Positions 13,001 to 25,700 of a stretch of 64,000 nucleotides of DNA are shown in pieces (within the stretch, counting starts at the first letter, position 1; the number at the start of each line of letters is the position of its first letter). Origin of the DNA: Macrostomum lignano. Its lineage: Eukaryota. The position numbers were made by a program, and so were the translations under genes. The notes below the pieces were generated by a model. It ran no database searches. It worked only from the letters and a program-made list of their open reading frames with translations, and was not told the origin of the DNA. The stretch covers positions 62,001 to 126,000 of the forward strand of contig NIVC01000364.1 of NCBI GenBank assembly GCA_002269645.1, in the 5' to 3' direction.

Positions 13001-14347
13001 GGAGGATCTGGGAGAGCGGCAATGCCATTCCCATATCTTGGAGGATGTGGGAGAGCGGCAATGCCATTCCCATATCTTGGAGGATCTGGGAGAGCGGCGA
13101 TCCCATTCCCATATCTGAGGATTTGGGAGAGCGGCAATGCCATTCCCATATCTGAGGATGTGGGAGAGCGGCAATGCCATTCCCATATCTGAGGATCTGG
13201 GAGAGCGGCAATCCCATTCCCATATCTGAGGATGTGGAAGAGCGGCGATCCCATTCCCATATCTGAGGATCTGGGAGAGCGGCGATCCCATTCCCATATC
13301 TGAGGATTTGGGAGAGCGGCAATGCCATTCCCATATCTGAGGATGTGGGAGAGCGGCAATGCCATTCCCATATCTGAGGGTCTGGGAGAGCGGCAATCCC
13401 ATTCCCATATCTGAGGATCTGGGAGAGCGGCAATCCCATTCCCATATCTTGGAGGATCTGGGAGAGCGGCGATCCCATTCCCATATCTGAGGATCTGGGA
13501 GAGCGGCGATCCCATTCCCATATCTGAGGATCTGGGAGAGCGGCAATCCCATTCCCATATCTGAGGATCTCAGAAGCGTCAAACTTGATGAAGACGCTGA
13601 GCTTTAGGTTTTTAAGCAACTCAGAGTAAATTCCAAAGCTCTGAGAATTTCAATGACGCGCTTTACCTCCAGCTTGAGTTCGTCCTTCGTGGGATCGTAT
13701 CGCTGGAAAGCGTCCAAGCCCAGGCCCTCAGGCTGCTTCACTCCAGGCGTGATGCTGCGCAGAAAGTCCGCCGGCGTCATCAGTACCTGAGTAGATCCGT
13801 CTGGTTCAACCCGCTGCAGCGTGGCAAAGTAGCGGAAGATTTTATCCGGGGTACTGTAGGCCCGGATCCGGTCCTCGTAGGCGATGATCTTGCGGTCGCG
13901 GAAGCCCACCCGCTGCTTGCCCGGCTTCTCGTCTTCTTCGCCTTCGCCAGCAGCTTCGGCCACTTCGGCGCCGCTGCCTCCGCCGCTCGGATTTTCCTCC
14001 GTCACTTTGAGCATCTTGGCCTCGGCGCGCGGCTGTACAAATGCGCCAGTCCAGGAGGCCGCGGCAAGGGCGCTCAGAGCGGCGGCCGCTACCGTGGCCG
14101 CTCCGGTTGCGAACATTCGGCGATAGTTCCGTTTGGAATTGAACTCGCTATCGTAGTCCTCTTCGTCTGGCCGCTGCTGCTTCTGATGCTGTTGATCCTC
14201 CTGCTGCTGCTGCTGATTGCCGCGGCCAGTGGCACCCGAGGCGGCGGCGGCAACGTCGGAGGTGCTGGAAAATTTCGACACGAATAGTCGGGCCGAAGCG
14301 CGCGCAACTGGCGACACAATTGAAGAGCGCATCCGGCTGCTTGACAT
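10078..14347 (-). CDS. MICU1: Mitochondrial calcium uptake protein 1 (EF-hand); complement(join(10078..10346,11845..12478,13667..14347)), 527 aa
   Basis: Hallmark MICU1 segments: [130 protein letters not shown]. Splice sites GAG|gtaaag...cag|GTA (phase 0) and TTAG|gtgagt...cag|CC (phase 1) are consistent. Confidence 0.96.
10365..11781. repeat. Intronic minisatellite (MICU1 intron 2), 21-22 bp GGA(T/G)GTACAGCTT(C/T)AAGATAAA, ~65 copies
   Basis: Directly visible tandem array filling almost the whole intron. Confidence 0.97.
12616..13570. repeat. Intronic minisatellite (MICU1 intron 1), 37/39 bp GAGGAT(G/C)TGGGAGAGCGGCAATCCCATTCCCATATCT, ~25 copies
   Basis: Directly visible tandem array; source of the spurious ORFs at 12563-13619. 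Confidence 0.97.
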
Positions 14348-14594
14348 CGGGAGTTTTCATTGAAATAAAAGTAACAATGTCTCTCATATTGTCACTTTAC
14401 TAGTGATAGTAGCGCAGTTTGAATAGCAAAGATATTGGACCGGCGACGAGCCCCCCCCCCATTGGGATAGCGGGGAAAAATACAGTTCATAGAGAAACTG
14501 CTGTTCTGATAAGACAGTCTCTATTTTCTGACTGAGTTGAAATTCCATTTTTGGGATTGCTAAAACGATTTAAAAAAAATGGGTGCCCCAGCAA

Positions 14595-15740
14595 CAGAGG
14601 ATCTGAGAGGCTGACCCAGTAACTGAGGAGCTAGGAGGCTGGGCCAGTAACTGAGGATCTGGGAGGCTGGCCCAGCAACTGACACTCTGGGAGGCTGGGC
14701 CAGCAACTGAGAAACTGGAGTGCTGGCCCAGCAACTGAGGAGCTGGGAGGCTGGCCCAGCAACTGACACTCTGGGAGGCTGGCCCAGCAACTGACACTTT
14801 GGGAAGCTGGCCAAGCAACTGACACTCTGGGAGGCTGGCCCAGCAACTGACACTCTGGGAGGCTGGCCCAGCAACTGACACTCTGGGAGGCTGGCCCAGC
14901 AACTGACACTCTGGGAGGCTGGCCCAGCAACTGACACTCTGGGAGGCTGGCCCAGCAACTGACACTCTGGGAGGCTGGCCCAGCAACTGACACTCTGGGA
15001 GGCTGGCCCAGCAACTGACACTCTGGGAGGCTGGCCCAGCAACTGACACTCTGGGAGGCTGGCCCAGCAACTGACACTCTGGGAGGCTGGCCCAGCAACT
15101 GACACTCTGGGAGGCTGGCCCAGCAACTGACACTCTGGGAGGCTGGCCCAGCAACTGACACTCTGGGAGGCTGGCCCAGCAACTGACACTCTGGGAGGCT
15201 GGCCCAGCAACTGACACTCTGGGAGGCTGGCCCAGTAACTGAGGATCTGGGAGGCTGGCCCAGCAACTGAGGATCTGGGATGCTGGCCCAGTAACTGACA
15301 CTCTGGGAGGCTGGCCCAGCAACTGAGGAACTGGAAGGCTGGCCTTAGCAACTGACACTCTGGGAGGCTGGCCCAGCAACTGAGGATCTGGGAGGCTGGC
15401 CCAGCAACTGAGGATCTGGGAGGCTGGCCCAGCAACTGAGGATCTGGGAGGCTGGCCCAGTAACTGAGGATCTGGGATGCTGGCACAGTAACTGAGGATC
15501 TGGGAGGCTGGCCCAGCAACTGAGGATCTTGGAGACTGGCCCAGCAATTGAGGATCTGGGAGGCTGGGCCAGTAACTGAGGATCTGGGAGGCTGGCCCAG
15601 CAACTGACACTCTGGGAGGCTGGGCCAGTAACTGAGGATCTGGGAGGCTGGCCCAGCAACTGACACTCTGGGAGGCTGGCCCAGTAACTGAGGATTCGGG
15701 AGGCTGGCCCAGTAACTGAGGATCTGGGAGGCTGGCCCTT
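14595..15740. repeat. Minisatellite, 28 bp CTGGGAGGCTGGCCCAGCAACTGA(CACT/GGAT), ~41 copies, upstream of MICU1
   Basis: Directly visible; homogeneous core at 14820-15230 with diverged edges. Confidence 0.97.
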
Positions 15741-16379
15741 CAGTTGAGGATTTAGGTGGATGAATTAAACAGACGATCTTAGAAGTGGTTGGAAACCTGA
15801 GTTTGAAGTAAAACTGGCATCAATGAGAGCCAACCTTATACATTAGCCACAGTCTCTGGTTGAGCTAAAAGACTTGTCAATGAACTACAAAAGAGAAAAA
15901 CGCCAACAAGTTAATCCAAAATGAAGCAGTCCAAAGACAGTATATTTTTTTCAACTTTTACCAGCACAATAAAAAGCTATGAATAGTAAACCTTTACCGA
16001 CAACAAAGAGCAGCAATTCCACTGTAAAAATATGAAAAAATATTTAGCAATAAATTCAATGCACCAAGCTGTTTAATATAAATGCCAGTTAGTTCTAATG
16101 ATTTATTAGCGGATAATATTGAGCTGAAGCTGAGATTAGACATGACATCAATTCCTCTATAAAGTATATAATAGGTTAAAAAAGTGTATAATATCGGTAA
16201 GGCTAAAAATGCACAAAGAGCGCGCGCGCTTCGACGAATGCACAAAGTTCGTAGATGAAGGTTGAAATAGCACTCTATTCTTCTAGTACGATAATTAGTA
16301 TTTTCCACAAAGACCAACCTCGGGTAGCGTCAGTAGTGCAGCGCAAAGTCATTAAAAAACACAGGCTGATCTCATTCTG

Positions 16380-19300
16380 TCAGCATAGGCGCATCAGAGC
16401 GGACATAAGCGCACCAGCCTCGGTCCCAGCCGCTGTAGCCGTCATCCTCGAAGAAGTCGCGCTGACGCTCAGCTGACGAGCCAGCTCGGTTAGCAGGTGC
16501 GGCTGCGGCGCCACCCGCACAGCGTCCGGATGGCAGGTGCAGACAAACGGCCGCCTGACCGGATCGTCCAGAATGACGGCAGCCGAGGAAAGTACAGAGG
16601 CGGACACCGGGCCCGATAGCGGCCTGTCTAGGCAGCACCAGTTGAGCAGATTGTGCACCGGGATCCGATAGCCGCAGGGTAGGCGGCAGACTTCTAACAG
16701 GCTGACGCAGACTAATTCTAAGCTGTAGTGCCGGCGCAGCTGGCGCAGGGTGGCCAGGCAGCTGGCGGACTGGTCGAAGCGGACCAGCAGGTAGCCCAGC
16801 GGCTGGTCAACATCGTCAATGGGCAAGAAGAATGACCTGTTTTGCGTGTGGAGTGGATTGGCGGTGCGCTTCTGTATGTCTGGGGATCTGACAGCATGGG
16901 GATCTGATAGCCTGGGGATCTGATAGACTGGGGATCTGACAGCCTGGGGATCTGACAGCATGGGGATCTGACAGCCTGGGGATCTGACAGCATGGGGATC
17001 TGACAGCCTGGGGATCTGACAGCATGGGGATCTGACAGCATGGGGATCTGACAGCATGGGGATCTGACAGCCTGGGGATCTGACAGCATGGGGATCTGAT
17101 AGACTGGGGATCTGACAGCATGGGGATCTGACAGCCTGGGGATCTGACAGCCTGGGGATCTGACAGCATGGGGATCTGACAGCCTGGGGATCTGACAGCC
17201 TGGGGATCTGACAGCATGGGGATCTGACAGCCTGGGGATCTGACAGCCTGGGGATCTGACAGCATGGGGATCTGACAGCCTGGGGATCTGACAGCCTGGG
17301 GATCTGACAGGCTGGGGATGACAACCTAACAACCTGGGTGTTGGTGGCCCAGCAACTGAGGATCTAGTAGGCTATATTAAGCATCTGAGAAAGTGGGCAT
17401 ATTAATTCGACGCGCTAGAGTCTAATCCGGTACACGCGCTCACCTGGCGTCTGGCATAAGCTGAGTAAATCTTCTCAGCAAATCTTCAGGCGACTGCAGC
17501 AGCTTGGCTGGCAGGTTGGTGGCCAGCAGGTGCTGGCATTGGATGTCCTCGGCAATCTGATAGGGCACCGGGCAGAAATACATCCGAGTCCAGCGACGCA
17601 GATAATCGAGCGAGTCGGACGCTTCAACGCGAAGGCTGTCCAGTCGGGCGTCCTCGGGGAAACGCGATTCGAATTGCAGAGAGCGGAGGCGGCGCTCAAC
17701 TGTCCGAGCTGATAGGCGCTGGCCTAGGGTTGAGGACATAGACAGTGACTGGCTTAGCCAAATAAATACTGACAAGTAGATAGGCCCTTGCGCATTAGCC
17801 TACCCCGAGATAGCTAGTCTATAGGTTGATCAATTCGGAAAATTAGAGAACTGGGCAATTTGCAGAGATCTGGGGATCTGAAAATGTTTAACTTCATGAG
17901 AATCTTAGGGTAAGTGTAAGGATCTGTGAGCTTTGAGGATATCATCGGCTGAGGGTCTGACAGACTGAGGATCTGACCTACTGACGACCTGACAGACTGA
18001 GGATCTAAAAGACTGAGGACCTGACAGACTGAGGATCTGATAGACTGGAGATCTGATAGACTGAGGATCTGACAGACTTGGGATCTGATAGACTGGGGAT
18101 CTGACAGCCTGGGGATCTGACAGACTGGGGATCTGACAGACTTGGGGTCTTACAGACTGGGGACCTGACAGACTGGGGATCTGACAGACTGAGGATTTGA
18201 CAGACTGAGGATCTGACAGACTTGGGTTCTGATAGACTGGGGATATGACAGACCGGGGATCTGAAAGACTGGGGATTTGATAGACTGGGGATTTTATAGA
18301 CTGGGGATTTTATAGACTGGGGAGTTGATAGACTGGGGATCTGACAGACTGGGGATCTGACAGAAAGAGGATCTGACAGACTTGGGATCTGATAAAATGG
18401 GGATCTGACAGCCTGGGGATCTGACAGACTGGGGATCTGACAGACCGGAGATCTGAAAGACTGGGGATCTGACAGACCGGAGGTCTGAAAGACTGAGGAT
18501 GTGACAGACTGGGGAGTTGACAGACTGGGGATCTGACAGACTGAGGATCGGAAACTAAGGATCCGAGAAACAAATCACTATGGCCTTTGAGGCTGGCCAA
18601 TAAACTCAGCGGGCTATAATTAGCATCTCATGATCAACCCTAGCGCACCATTATCGCCCAATCGAGCCGACAGCGGCCAGCCAGAAGCAGCCGCCTGCTC
18701 GCCGCCGGCAAACATCAGCACAGTCTTGGTGTCCGACTCCGGCACTACAACTAGTTCGTCTGCGTCGGCCAGTAAGCGCCGACGGAACACGCCGCGGAAA
18801 GCTCTGTGCAAAGCGGCGTCTCTAACCGACATTGGCAAGCCGGAAACGACTATGTAGCGAAGTTCGCCAGACTCGAATTGTAAATTATCAGAGACAGCGG
18901 CAATCACTGGAGTGGACGAATCGTTAGCCGGATTTGTGCAGGAGCTGCGATGGCGCTGCCGCCGTCTGCGCAATCGCTTGGCTGCCGGCGGCTGGGCAGC
19001 GCCTGCGGCAGCCTGGCGGGGCGGGCTGTTAGACCTGAGCCGCTTCTTTCTACGTCTGCATTTCTGGCCCGATTCAGTCTTCAACTCTAGCTGATTCTCG
19101 TGCAACTTTAAAACCTGCTGTACACCGAACTCAATTGTCGGGAGTTTTGGGTCATTGTAGAATTGAAATTTTTGAATAGCGAAATTTCCATCTTCCTGAT
19201 AGATCGCTGGCTTATCGGGTCCATGTGTCTGGACAGCCTCTAAACCTTTGGCATCATACGCTTGATAATTGCCGAGGTTAACCACATCAGCTTTATCCAC

Positions 19301-20131
19301 GTTTTCGGTTTGCAATTCCTCTGCTTCATCCTCCTGATCGGTCTCCATATTCCCTTCTCCATCCACCTGATCGGTCTCCAGATTCTCTTCATCAAACTGA
19401 TCGGTCTCCAGATTCTCTCCTTCATTCACTTGATCGGTCTCCAGATTCTCTTCATCAAACTGATCGGTCTCCAGATTCTCTCCTTCATTCACCTGATCGG
19501 TCTCCAGATTCTCTTCATCAAACTGATCGGTCTCCAGATTCTCTTCATCAAACTGATCGGTCTCCAGATTCTTTGCTTCATCCACCTGATCGGTCTCCAG
19601 ATTCTCTCCTTCATTCACCTGATCGGTCTCCAGATTCTCTTCATCAAACTGATCGGTCTCCAGATTCTCTTCATCAAACTGATCGGTCTCCAGATTCTCT
19701 CCTTCATTCACTTGATCGGTCTCCAGATTCTCTCCTTCATTCACTTGATCGGTCTCCAGATTCTCTTCATCAAACTGATCGGTCTCCAGATTCTCTCCTT
19801 CATTCACCTGATCGGTCTCCAGATTCTCTGTTTCATGCTCTTGAATGGTCTCCAGATTCTCTGCTTCATCCACCTGATCGGTTTCAAGTTTCTCTGCTTC
19901 ATCTACCTGATCGGTCTCCAGGCCGTGCGCTTTATCTTCTTGATTGGTCACTGGGCTTAAATTGACCGGCTCACTCAACACATTTCGCACCTGTTCCCGC
20001 CTATCAAGCTGCAGCACAGGAGCCAACTGTTTAGTCTGCTGATTATTATTATCCTCTTTCAGTTCCTGATTTAAATCGCAGCTTTGATTTGGCACGGATT
20101 GTAAAATATAATTAATCTGACAGCTGGACAT
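16380..20131 (-). CDS. Uncharacterised acidic-repeat, RRM-like domain protein; complement(join(16380..16836,17444..17723,18649..20131))
   Basis: Three GC-rich open exons join in matching phases (AAT G|gtgcgc...tag|GC; GCC AG|gtgagc...cag|G). Splicing creates an RRM-like fold with RNP2-like LLATNLP and RNP1-like LGYLLVRF; another RNP2-like YIVVSGLP is in exon 1. Basic NLS-like RRRKKRLR and KRLRRRR. The start codon is uncertain. Confidence 0.72.
16880..17322. repeat. Intronic minisatellite, 16 bp GGGGATCTGACAGC(C/A)T, ~27 copies
   Basis: Tandem array inside intron 2 of the RRM gene. Confidence 0.95.
17950..18550. repeat. Intronic minisatellite, 16 bp GGGGATCTGACAGACT, more diverged, ~37 copies
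   Basis: Tandem array inside intron 1 of the RRM gene; same family as 16880-17322. Confidence 0.93.
19335..19925 (-). repeat. Coding minisatellite, mixed 30/33-bp units (LETDQFDEEN / LETDQVNEGEN), ~19 units
   Basis: In frame in exon 1 of the RRM gene; both unit lengths are multiples of 3. Confidence 0.9.
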
Positions 20132-20544
20132 TGTTTGCGTTGATTTAAAACCGGCGAAGCAGCTGAACTGAAAGCGGAAATGCGAGTTGGAGCACAAAGT
20201 CAACATTCATTGGAGTTGAATACCAAAGCTACTAAATGAAACTATTAATTTGCAGCTAACTAAAATAAAAATACCAACAAAATCATCAACGCTATATGAA
20301 TGAAGCAACCCTGCTAAATGCCTGAATGTTTTATTGATAAAACGACAAATAAATAAATAGACATATGATTAAATATATTATTACACATACAGAATGAAAT
20401 GGCCGGACCCGGCAGCAACCGGCAACAGCAAGAAAATTGGAAGAGACATTCGAGGAAAGCAGCTTGAGGCAAGAAGAAAAATACTCATGTAAACATATGA
20501 TAAGATTTTATATATTAATATGCGGAATGACAAAAATCAAAGGC

Positions 20545-21062
20545 GTCGGCAAAGAGGGTGGGGGTAGGGCGAAGGTGGGGGGGTTAAGGCGAAGAGGGTG
20601 GGGGTAGGGCGAAGGTGGGGGTTAAGGCGAAGAGGGTGGGGGAAGGGCGAAGAGGGTGGGGAGGGTAGGGCGAAGAGGGTGGGGGTAGGGCGAAGGTGGG
20701 GGGGGTTAAGGCGAAGAGGGTGGGGGAAGGGCGAAGAGGGTGGGGAGGGTAGGGCGAAGAGGGTGGGGTAGGGCGAAGGTGGGGGGGGGTTAAGGCGAAG
20801 AGGGTGGGGGTAGGGCGAAGGTGGGGTAAGGCGAAGAGGGTGGGGGAAGGGCGAAGAGGGTGGGGAGGGTAGGGCGAAGAGGGTGGGGGAAGGGCGAAGA
20901 GGGTGGGAGGGTAGGGCGAAGAGGGTGGGGGAAGGGCGAAGAGGGTGGGGGTAGGGCGAAGGTGGGGTAAGGCGAAGAGGGTGGGGGAAGGGCGAAGAGG
21001 GTGGGGAGGGTAGGGCGAAGAGGGTGGGGGAAGGGCGAAGAGGGTGGGGGAGTGTTAGGGCG
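20545..21062 (+). repeat. G-rich minisatellite, ~20-21 bp GGCGAAGAGGGTGGGGG(T/A)AG
   Basis: Directly visible; each unit has two G-runs of at least 3. Confidence 0.93.
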
Positions 21063-21754
21063 AAGGCAACGCTTGAAAAATCAACAGAATAGAAAAAGAG
21101 AAGTAACAGATAGCATTCATCATAGTCAGCGGGACAATACAGTGTCAAATGACATTAGAAATGAATTCCAATACACACAGAGAAAGATAGCGGACAGGAC
21201 ACCAATAGTTAATAATATACTCTATACTGGATTAAATTATAGAGGGGAAAAGCATCTCCAACAAGCCGATCTAATGAAAGTTTTAGCAAACAAAAAAGCG
21301 TAGATATCAGCCAAACAATAATACATAGTAACCACTTGCACCAGAAAAGCAATAAAATAAAGTACAATTTTTATTATAACGTCAAATATGACTGACAGTA
21401 GTATGGTAAAAAACTGACGGCTCCAATTAGCATAAACAGCCGATGCAAGAAAAGCCATGATTGAAGCATTGAGTAATGGTGCAGCAATTCAATTCCACTA
21501 TAAGGAAGTAAAAAAACACGCAACAATTTTGTCTAAACCGCAAGGGAAAGCCCAGCCAAGCTGGCAGACGAATGACTCACACAAGGAGAAAAATTAACCA
21601 AAAAATAAATAGGAAAAACAAACAACTGAAAAAACAAACAAACACACTAACTGGCGTTTTGTTGTGCCAACTAAACAGACCACCGCCAATTTCGCTTTAA
21701 TTCATATGATTTATAGCGCAAAAAGTAAATTGGAGGATTTAAAGCGCTAAAGGG

Positions 21755-22080
21755 TAAGGAGATAAGGGGCGGCAGCCGAAGGATAGGGGGAGATAAGGGG
21801 CGGCCAGCCGAAGGATAGGGGGAGATAAGGGGCGGCCAGCCGAAGGATAGGGGGAGATAAGGGACGGCCAGCCGAAGGATAGGGGGAGATAAGGGGCGGC
21901 CAGCCGAAGGATAGGGGGAGATAAGGGGCGGCAGCCGAAGGATAGGGGGAGATAAGGGGCGGCCAGCCGAAGGATAGGGGGAGATAAGGGGCGGCCAGCC
22001 GAAGGATAGGGGGAGATAAGGGGCGGCCAGCCGAAGGATAGGGGGAGATAAGGGGCCCCTTGCTGAAGGATAGGGGGCGA
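21755..22080 (+). repeat. G-rich minisatellite, 32 bp CGAAGGATAGGGGGAGATAAGGGGCGGCCAGC, ~10 copies
   Basis: Directly visible tandem array. Confidence 0.93.
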
Positions 22081-22737
22081 TGGGGGCGGCCCGCAAAATA
22101 CTTCAGATGCTTAATCTCCGCAACTAAAATAGATTTCTAATGCGTGTACAGTCACGGTTAGTTCTCATTGCTCAAATTTCAGCCTGGCAAAAAAGATAAT
22201 AAACAGGCATAAATAAATTGATATAAAAGTTATAAAGCGGTCAGAATTAAAAATAACTTTGCCACAAAAACAAACCATAGCTAGTCCATTCGATGGACGA
22301 AAAGCACTTTTAGCAGTTTTAATATATAAATTATTAACCGAATATTTAGTAGGTATCGAACTAATCATACAACTTTTAATTTACGGTTTTAAACAAAATA
22401 CAATTTTACACACACTTATATACTGCTTTCTAAAGTAGCATAATAGTAAGGATATAAGACATTTTCACTGACAATGTTTATATTTTAACTACTGCTGATT
22501 CACTGAAGCCTCACTGGACCAGCGGGCAAAGTTGCGTGTTTCATTGCGCAAAGACAACTTAAGGCACTAATAAAAGCTACAATGGTTGCTATCCCGACGA
22601 TGGTAGGGCTATCTCTCTTGCACTATAAACGCTCGGCAGAATTTTCCGTACTAGAAAACAATTAATAAGTTAAAAATAGCACTGTAAGAAATAATTTTTC
22701 ATCTATAAAAAGATACAGAAAACAATCGGTTTGCAGC

Positions 22738-25700
22738 TCAGCTAGCCAAGCCGGCAGCTTTGTACCGATCGTAATCCACAATTAACTGTCTGATTCGCCG
22801 CAGCCGTTTCTCCATTGTCATGAAATGCTCGGCATCCAATCGAAATTCCGGCTGAGACTGGCAGTGCTTGTACAGTTCGATAATACGCTCGCAGGTGGCC
22901 TCATAGCCTGGCGAGCCGCGCGACTGTTTCTCCAATTGCTGCTCCAATTCCATGGCCTTGACAGTGACGGATCGGATCCGGTCCCACAGCCGGCGGTATT
23001 CCGGATAGTCCCGATCGTATTCGGTCTTGTAGCGGGCCCGATCGGCCGCGCTCACAATGGGCTTCAGGTCGTCCTCCGGCGCCGCTGCCGCCGACGCGGA
23101 GGCCGAAGCCGATGCCGGCGCCGAAGCGGCTGCCAACGCAATTGTCGGCGAAGCTTCAGAAGACGGCGACGAAGAGTCGGCGGATTGTTGGCTGGACTGC
23201 ACAGGCGGAGGTGCCGGCTGATGAGGCAGCGGCTGAGAATTCGATGACTGAGTCGGAGCCACTGAGGCAGACGAAGCGACGGGAGTGGCAGCGTCTTTGT
23301 CTTTGGCGTTGGCGGCGGCGGCGGCGGAGGAGCTGCTGACGATGCTGCCGGTGACTGGGGCGGCAGCGGTCTGCCGCTGTTGCAGAGCCGCTTTGCGATC
23401 GCGCAGACGCTCCTTTTCAGTCTGGCTGTACAGCGGCCAGTCTAGGCTCACCTGGCAACGGGATTTGGTAAACTTTCTCTTGTTGGGTTGAAGGCTGATT
23501 ATTAATCAATTAATAGAACAAGACAGATTAAAATCCCTATACAAGATCCCGGTATCTGCGAGACTAAACACGCGAATGAATAAGATCTTACGTATGCATT
23601 GGGATCAATCTGCGTTTATATCTTTACTGGGGTTCTTGTCTAGATCTTCATTTAGATTCTTGTCTAGATCTTCATTTGGATTCTTGTCTAGATCTTCATT
23701 TAGATTCTTGTCTAGATCTTTATTTGGATTCTTGTCTAGATCTTCATTTGGATTCTTGTCTAGATCTTCATTTGGATTCTTGTCTAGATCTTCATTTGGA
23801 TTCTTGTCTAGATCTTCATTTGGATTCTTGTCTAGATCTTCATTTGGATTCTTGTCTAGATCTTTAATGGATTCTTGTCTAGATCTTCATTTGGATTCTT
23901 GTCTAGATCTTCATTTGGATTCTTGTCTAGATCTTCATTTGGATTTTTGTCTAGATCTTCATTTGGATTCTTGTCTAGATCTTCATTTGGATTCTTGTCT
24001 AGATCTTCATTTGAATTCTTGTCTAGATCTTCATTTGGATTCTTGTCTAGATCTTCATTTGGATTCTTGTCTAGATCTTCATTTGGATTCTTGTCTAGAT
24101 CTTCATTTGGATTCTTGTCTAGATCTTCATTTGGATTCTTGTCTAGATCTTCATTTGGATTCTTGTCTAGATCTTCATTTGGATTCTTGTCTAGATCTTC
24201 ATTTGGATTCTTGTCTAGATCTTTAATGGATTCTTGTCTAGATCTTCATTTGGATTCTTGTCTAGATCTTCATTTGGATTCTTGTCTAGATCTTCATTTG
24301 GATTCTTGTCTAGATCTTCATTTGAATTCTTGTCTAGATCTTCATTTGGATTCTTGTCTAGATCTTCATTTGGATTCTTGTCTAGATCTTCATTTGGATT
24401 CTTGTCTAGATCTTCATTTGGATTCTTGTCTAGATCTTCATTTGAATTCTTGTCTAGATCTTCATTTGGATTCTTGTCTAGATCTTCATTTGGATTCTTG
24501 TCTAGATCTTCATTTGGATTCTTGTCTAGATCTTCATTTGGATTCTTGTCTAGATCTTCATTTGGATTCTTGTCTAGATCTTCATTTGGATTCTTGTCTA
24601 GATCTTCATTTGGATTCTTGTCTAGATCTTCATTTGGATTCTTGTCTAGATCTTTAATGGATTCTTGTCTAGATCTTCATTTGGATTCTTGTCTAGATCT
24701 TCATTTGGATTCTTGTCTAGATCTTCATTTGGATTCTTGTCTAGATCTTCATTTGAATTCTTGTCTAGATCTTCATTTGGATTCTTGTCTAGATCTTCAT
24801 TTGGATTCTTGTCTAGATCTTCATTTGGATTCTTGTCTAGATCTTTAATGGATTTTTATCTAGATATTCGTTTGGGTTCTTGTCTTTATCTTCATTTGGA
24901 TTCTTGTCTAGAATATATTTTCAATTTGGATAATTTGTAAAACATTCTTCACCGCAAAACAGAAAGCATAGCAACTTAGCCAGTCGAATATCAATCACTT
25001 ATTAGAGATAAAAAACTAACCTGAGCCAGTAGACCGGGCAGCAGGATGTACCTCGATCTATTAGGCTCCAGCCTGCCAACTTCATCTAATACGCGAGTAA
25101 GGGCCGGCGCCTCAACAGTGAGGTTGTTTTGACGCAGGCGTATGAGCAGCTCGGCTTGGTTGTAGGGCCGCACGGCCAGCAGGTGAATCACGTGATCGCG
25201 CAGGCTACGCGAACCGGCGGTGGTAGCAGCAGCGTGAGGTGGAGTAGGCCTAGAGCCGTGACCGCCGCCAAGGGGAGTTGCTGGCCTCTTCGGTGGCGCC
25301 GCGCCCGACGAGAGGTGGCCGGAGTTCAGGGATCGCTTCAACAGGCGCTGCTTTGCGCTGCTGTTGGATTTCAGCTCCTTGGTGCGAACCCGCTTCTCGT
25401 TTTGATCGGCCTGCGGTATTGGAAACCAGATTTGCTTTGTTAAATATGTACTGATGCAAGATTAAAATTATACTACTTTGTAAGTAGGTTGAACACAGCA
25501 TTTTGTCATGTGAATGGCACCGAAATGAGTGTGAATGGCGCCGAACTGAGTGTGAATGGCGCCGAAATGAGTGTGAATGGCGCCGAAATGAGTGTGAATG
25601 GCACCGAAATGAGTGTGAATGGCACCGAAATGAGTGTGAACGGCGCCGAAACGAGTTTAAATGGAGCCAAAATGAGTTCTAATAACAACATCTTGAATGA

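Noticed and set aside
12563-15666. Long ORFs (246-368 aa) in the track over the 37-bp and 28-bp arrays
   Set aside because: They are overlapping open frames created by stop-free tandem monomers. One set lies in a MICU1 intron, the other upstream of MICU1.
23576-24940. FLSRSSFG and SCLDLHLD repeat ORFs
   Set aside because: Antisense readings of the ELL intron 2 array.
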